Shown piece after piece: positions 63,180 through 64,000 of a stretch of 64,000 bases of DNA (position 1 is the first letter of the stretch; each line of letters opens with the position of its first letter). Below the pieces are notes generated by a model that saw only the letters and a list, made by a program, of their open reading frames with translations, did no database searches and was not told the DNA's origin. The translations under genes and the position numbers were made by a program. The stretch is from Eubacteriales bacterium (GTDB lineage Bacteria; Bacillota; Clostridia; Oscillospirales; CAG-272). Where the stretch lies: the NCBI GenBank assembly GCA_045653945.1, contig JAZOML010000004.1:57095-121094 (forward strand), read 5' to 3'.

Positions 63180-64000
63180 ATGATTAAAAAGAACGATTTA
63201 CTTACCGTTACGGTCATAGACATAAATCACGAAGGACTTGGCGTTGCAAAGCAGGACGGCGCCGTCATTTTCATAAAAGGCGGAGTTACGGGAGATTCCC
63301 TTTCCGTTAAAGTAATAAAGGTAGCAAAAAACTATCTTGTAGCAAGAATTGAGGAAATTCTCTCCCCTTCTCCCTATCGCCGTGAGCCTGATTGTCCTCA
63401 CTACAAAAGATGCGGCGGCTGTATTTATCAGAATATAACCTATGAATACGAAAAGGAGCTTAAAGAAAAGCGTCTTGCAAACGAATTTAAGCGGTTCGGG
63501 GTTAAATGCAACGATATTCGTCCGCTTGTTACTGATAAGCAACAGGGCTACCGCAACAAGCTTCAATGTCCCGTTTCAAGTGCAGGTGAGGTTGGATTTT
63601 ACGCTCCGAAATCTCACGAAATTATTTCGGTGGACAGTTGTCAGCTTCAAGAGGAGCTTACCGTCCCCGTTTATAAATACTTAAAGAGTAAGCTTTCATC
63701 TAACCCGCAACCCGAAATCCGTCATATTTACCTGCGTTGCGGAGTAAATACGGGCGAAGTTATGCTTTGTCTTGTTTGCTATAAGGATAATTTTGACGGA
63801 CGAGATGCGTTTGTGGGCGATATTGCGGAAAAATTCCCTGAGGTAAAGTCTATAATTCTTAACGTAAATCCCGAAAACACAAACGTTGTGCTTGGAAAAA
63901 AATGCATAACGCTATACGGCAAGGACTATATTGAGGATATTCTTTGCGGTCTACGTTTTAAAATCAGTCCGCTTTCGTTTTATCAGGTAAATCACGACTG
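63180..64000 (+). CDS. 23S rRNA/tRNA (uracil-5)-methyltransferase, RumA/RlmCD family (5' part; runs off the right edge)
   Basis: Hand-translated open frame from ATG 63180. It has a TRAM-like N-terminus (LTVTVIDINHEGLGVAK), a Cys cluster (CPHYKRCGGC) and FKISPLSFYQVNHD. It is not in the ORF track because no stop falls in the window. Confidence 0.75.
   Translation, partial: MIKKNDLLTVTVIDINHEGLGVAKQDGAVIFIKGGVTGDSLSVKVIKVAKNYLVARIEEILSPSPYRREPDCPHYKRCGGCIYQNITYEYEKELKEKRLANEFKRFGVKCNDIRPLVTDKQQGYRNKLQCPVSSAGEVGFYAPKSHEIISVDSCQLQEELTVPVYKYLKSKLSSNPQPEIRHIYLRCGVNTGEVMLCLVCYKDNFDGRDAFVGDIAEKFPEVKSIILNVNPENTNVVLGKKCITLYGKDYIEDILCGLRFKISPLSFYQVNHD

Noticed and set aside
1-64000. Search for CRISPR arrays, rRNA genes, IS/transposase genes and toxin-antitoxin pairs
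   Set aside because: No regularly spaced direct repeats were seen. No rRNA-like conserved blocks, DDE or serine transposase ORFs, or obvious small two-gene TA cassettes were seen by eye. Absence cannot be proven without tools.

Overview
The window is 64 kb of a Firmicute (Clostridia-like) chromosome. Host synteny blocks support this: infC-rpmI-rplT, dprA-topA-trmFO, rnc-smc-ftsY and rdgB-nadD-yqeK-rsfS.

Positions 1 to about 19.1 kb are one end of a temperate tailed prophage. It carries a tyrosine integrase beside a tRNA-His/tRNA-Arg pair and a CI/Cro-type switch with two perfect face-to-face promoters. It also has an ImmA-like protease, an AT-rich moron, early genes (DUF4373, DUF3102, PcfJ-like, DUF1064, many tiny Cys-rich ORFs) and a sigma-region-4-like late activator. 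The packaging and head genes follow: terS, terL, portal, scaffold and the first codons of the capsid gene. The other prophage end lies left of the window.

The rest is host DNA: putP, an ABC exporter, tRNA-Glu, LysR plus adhE, two divergent secreted polysaccharide-lyase-like lipoproteins, three clustered AI-2E transporters, rpsU and the start of a RumA-type methyltransferase.

No CRISPR array, rRNA or transposase was seen.

The most interesting observations:
- A catalytically degenerate RNase III paralogue with two dsRBDs sits directly upstream of the real rnc.
- A 96-nt tRNA-like RNA lies in the prophage late leader. It has an acceptor stem, T-arm and CCA but no anticodon arm.
- The prophage lysogeny-module moron and a PcfK-like/PcfJ-like/DUF3102 trio may have accessory functions.
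- A PL8-fold protein appears to have a substituted catalytic motif.

All functional calls come from reading motifs by eye. No database search was run.
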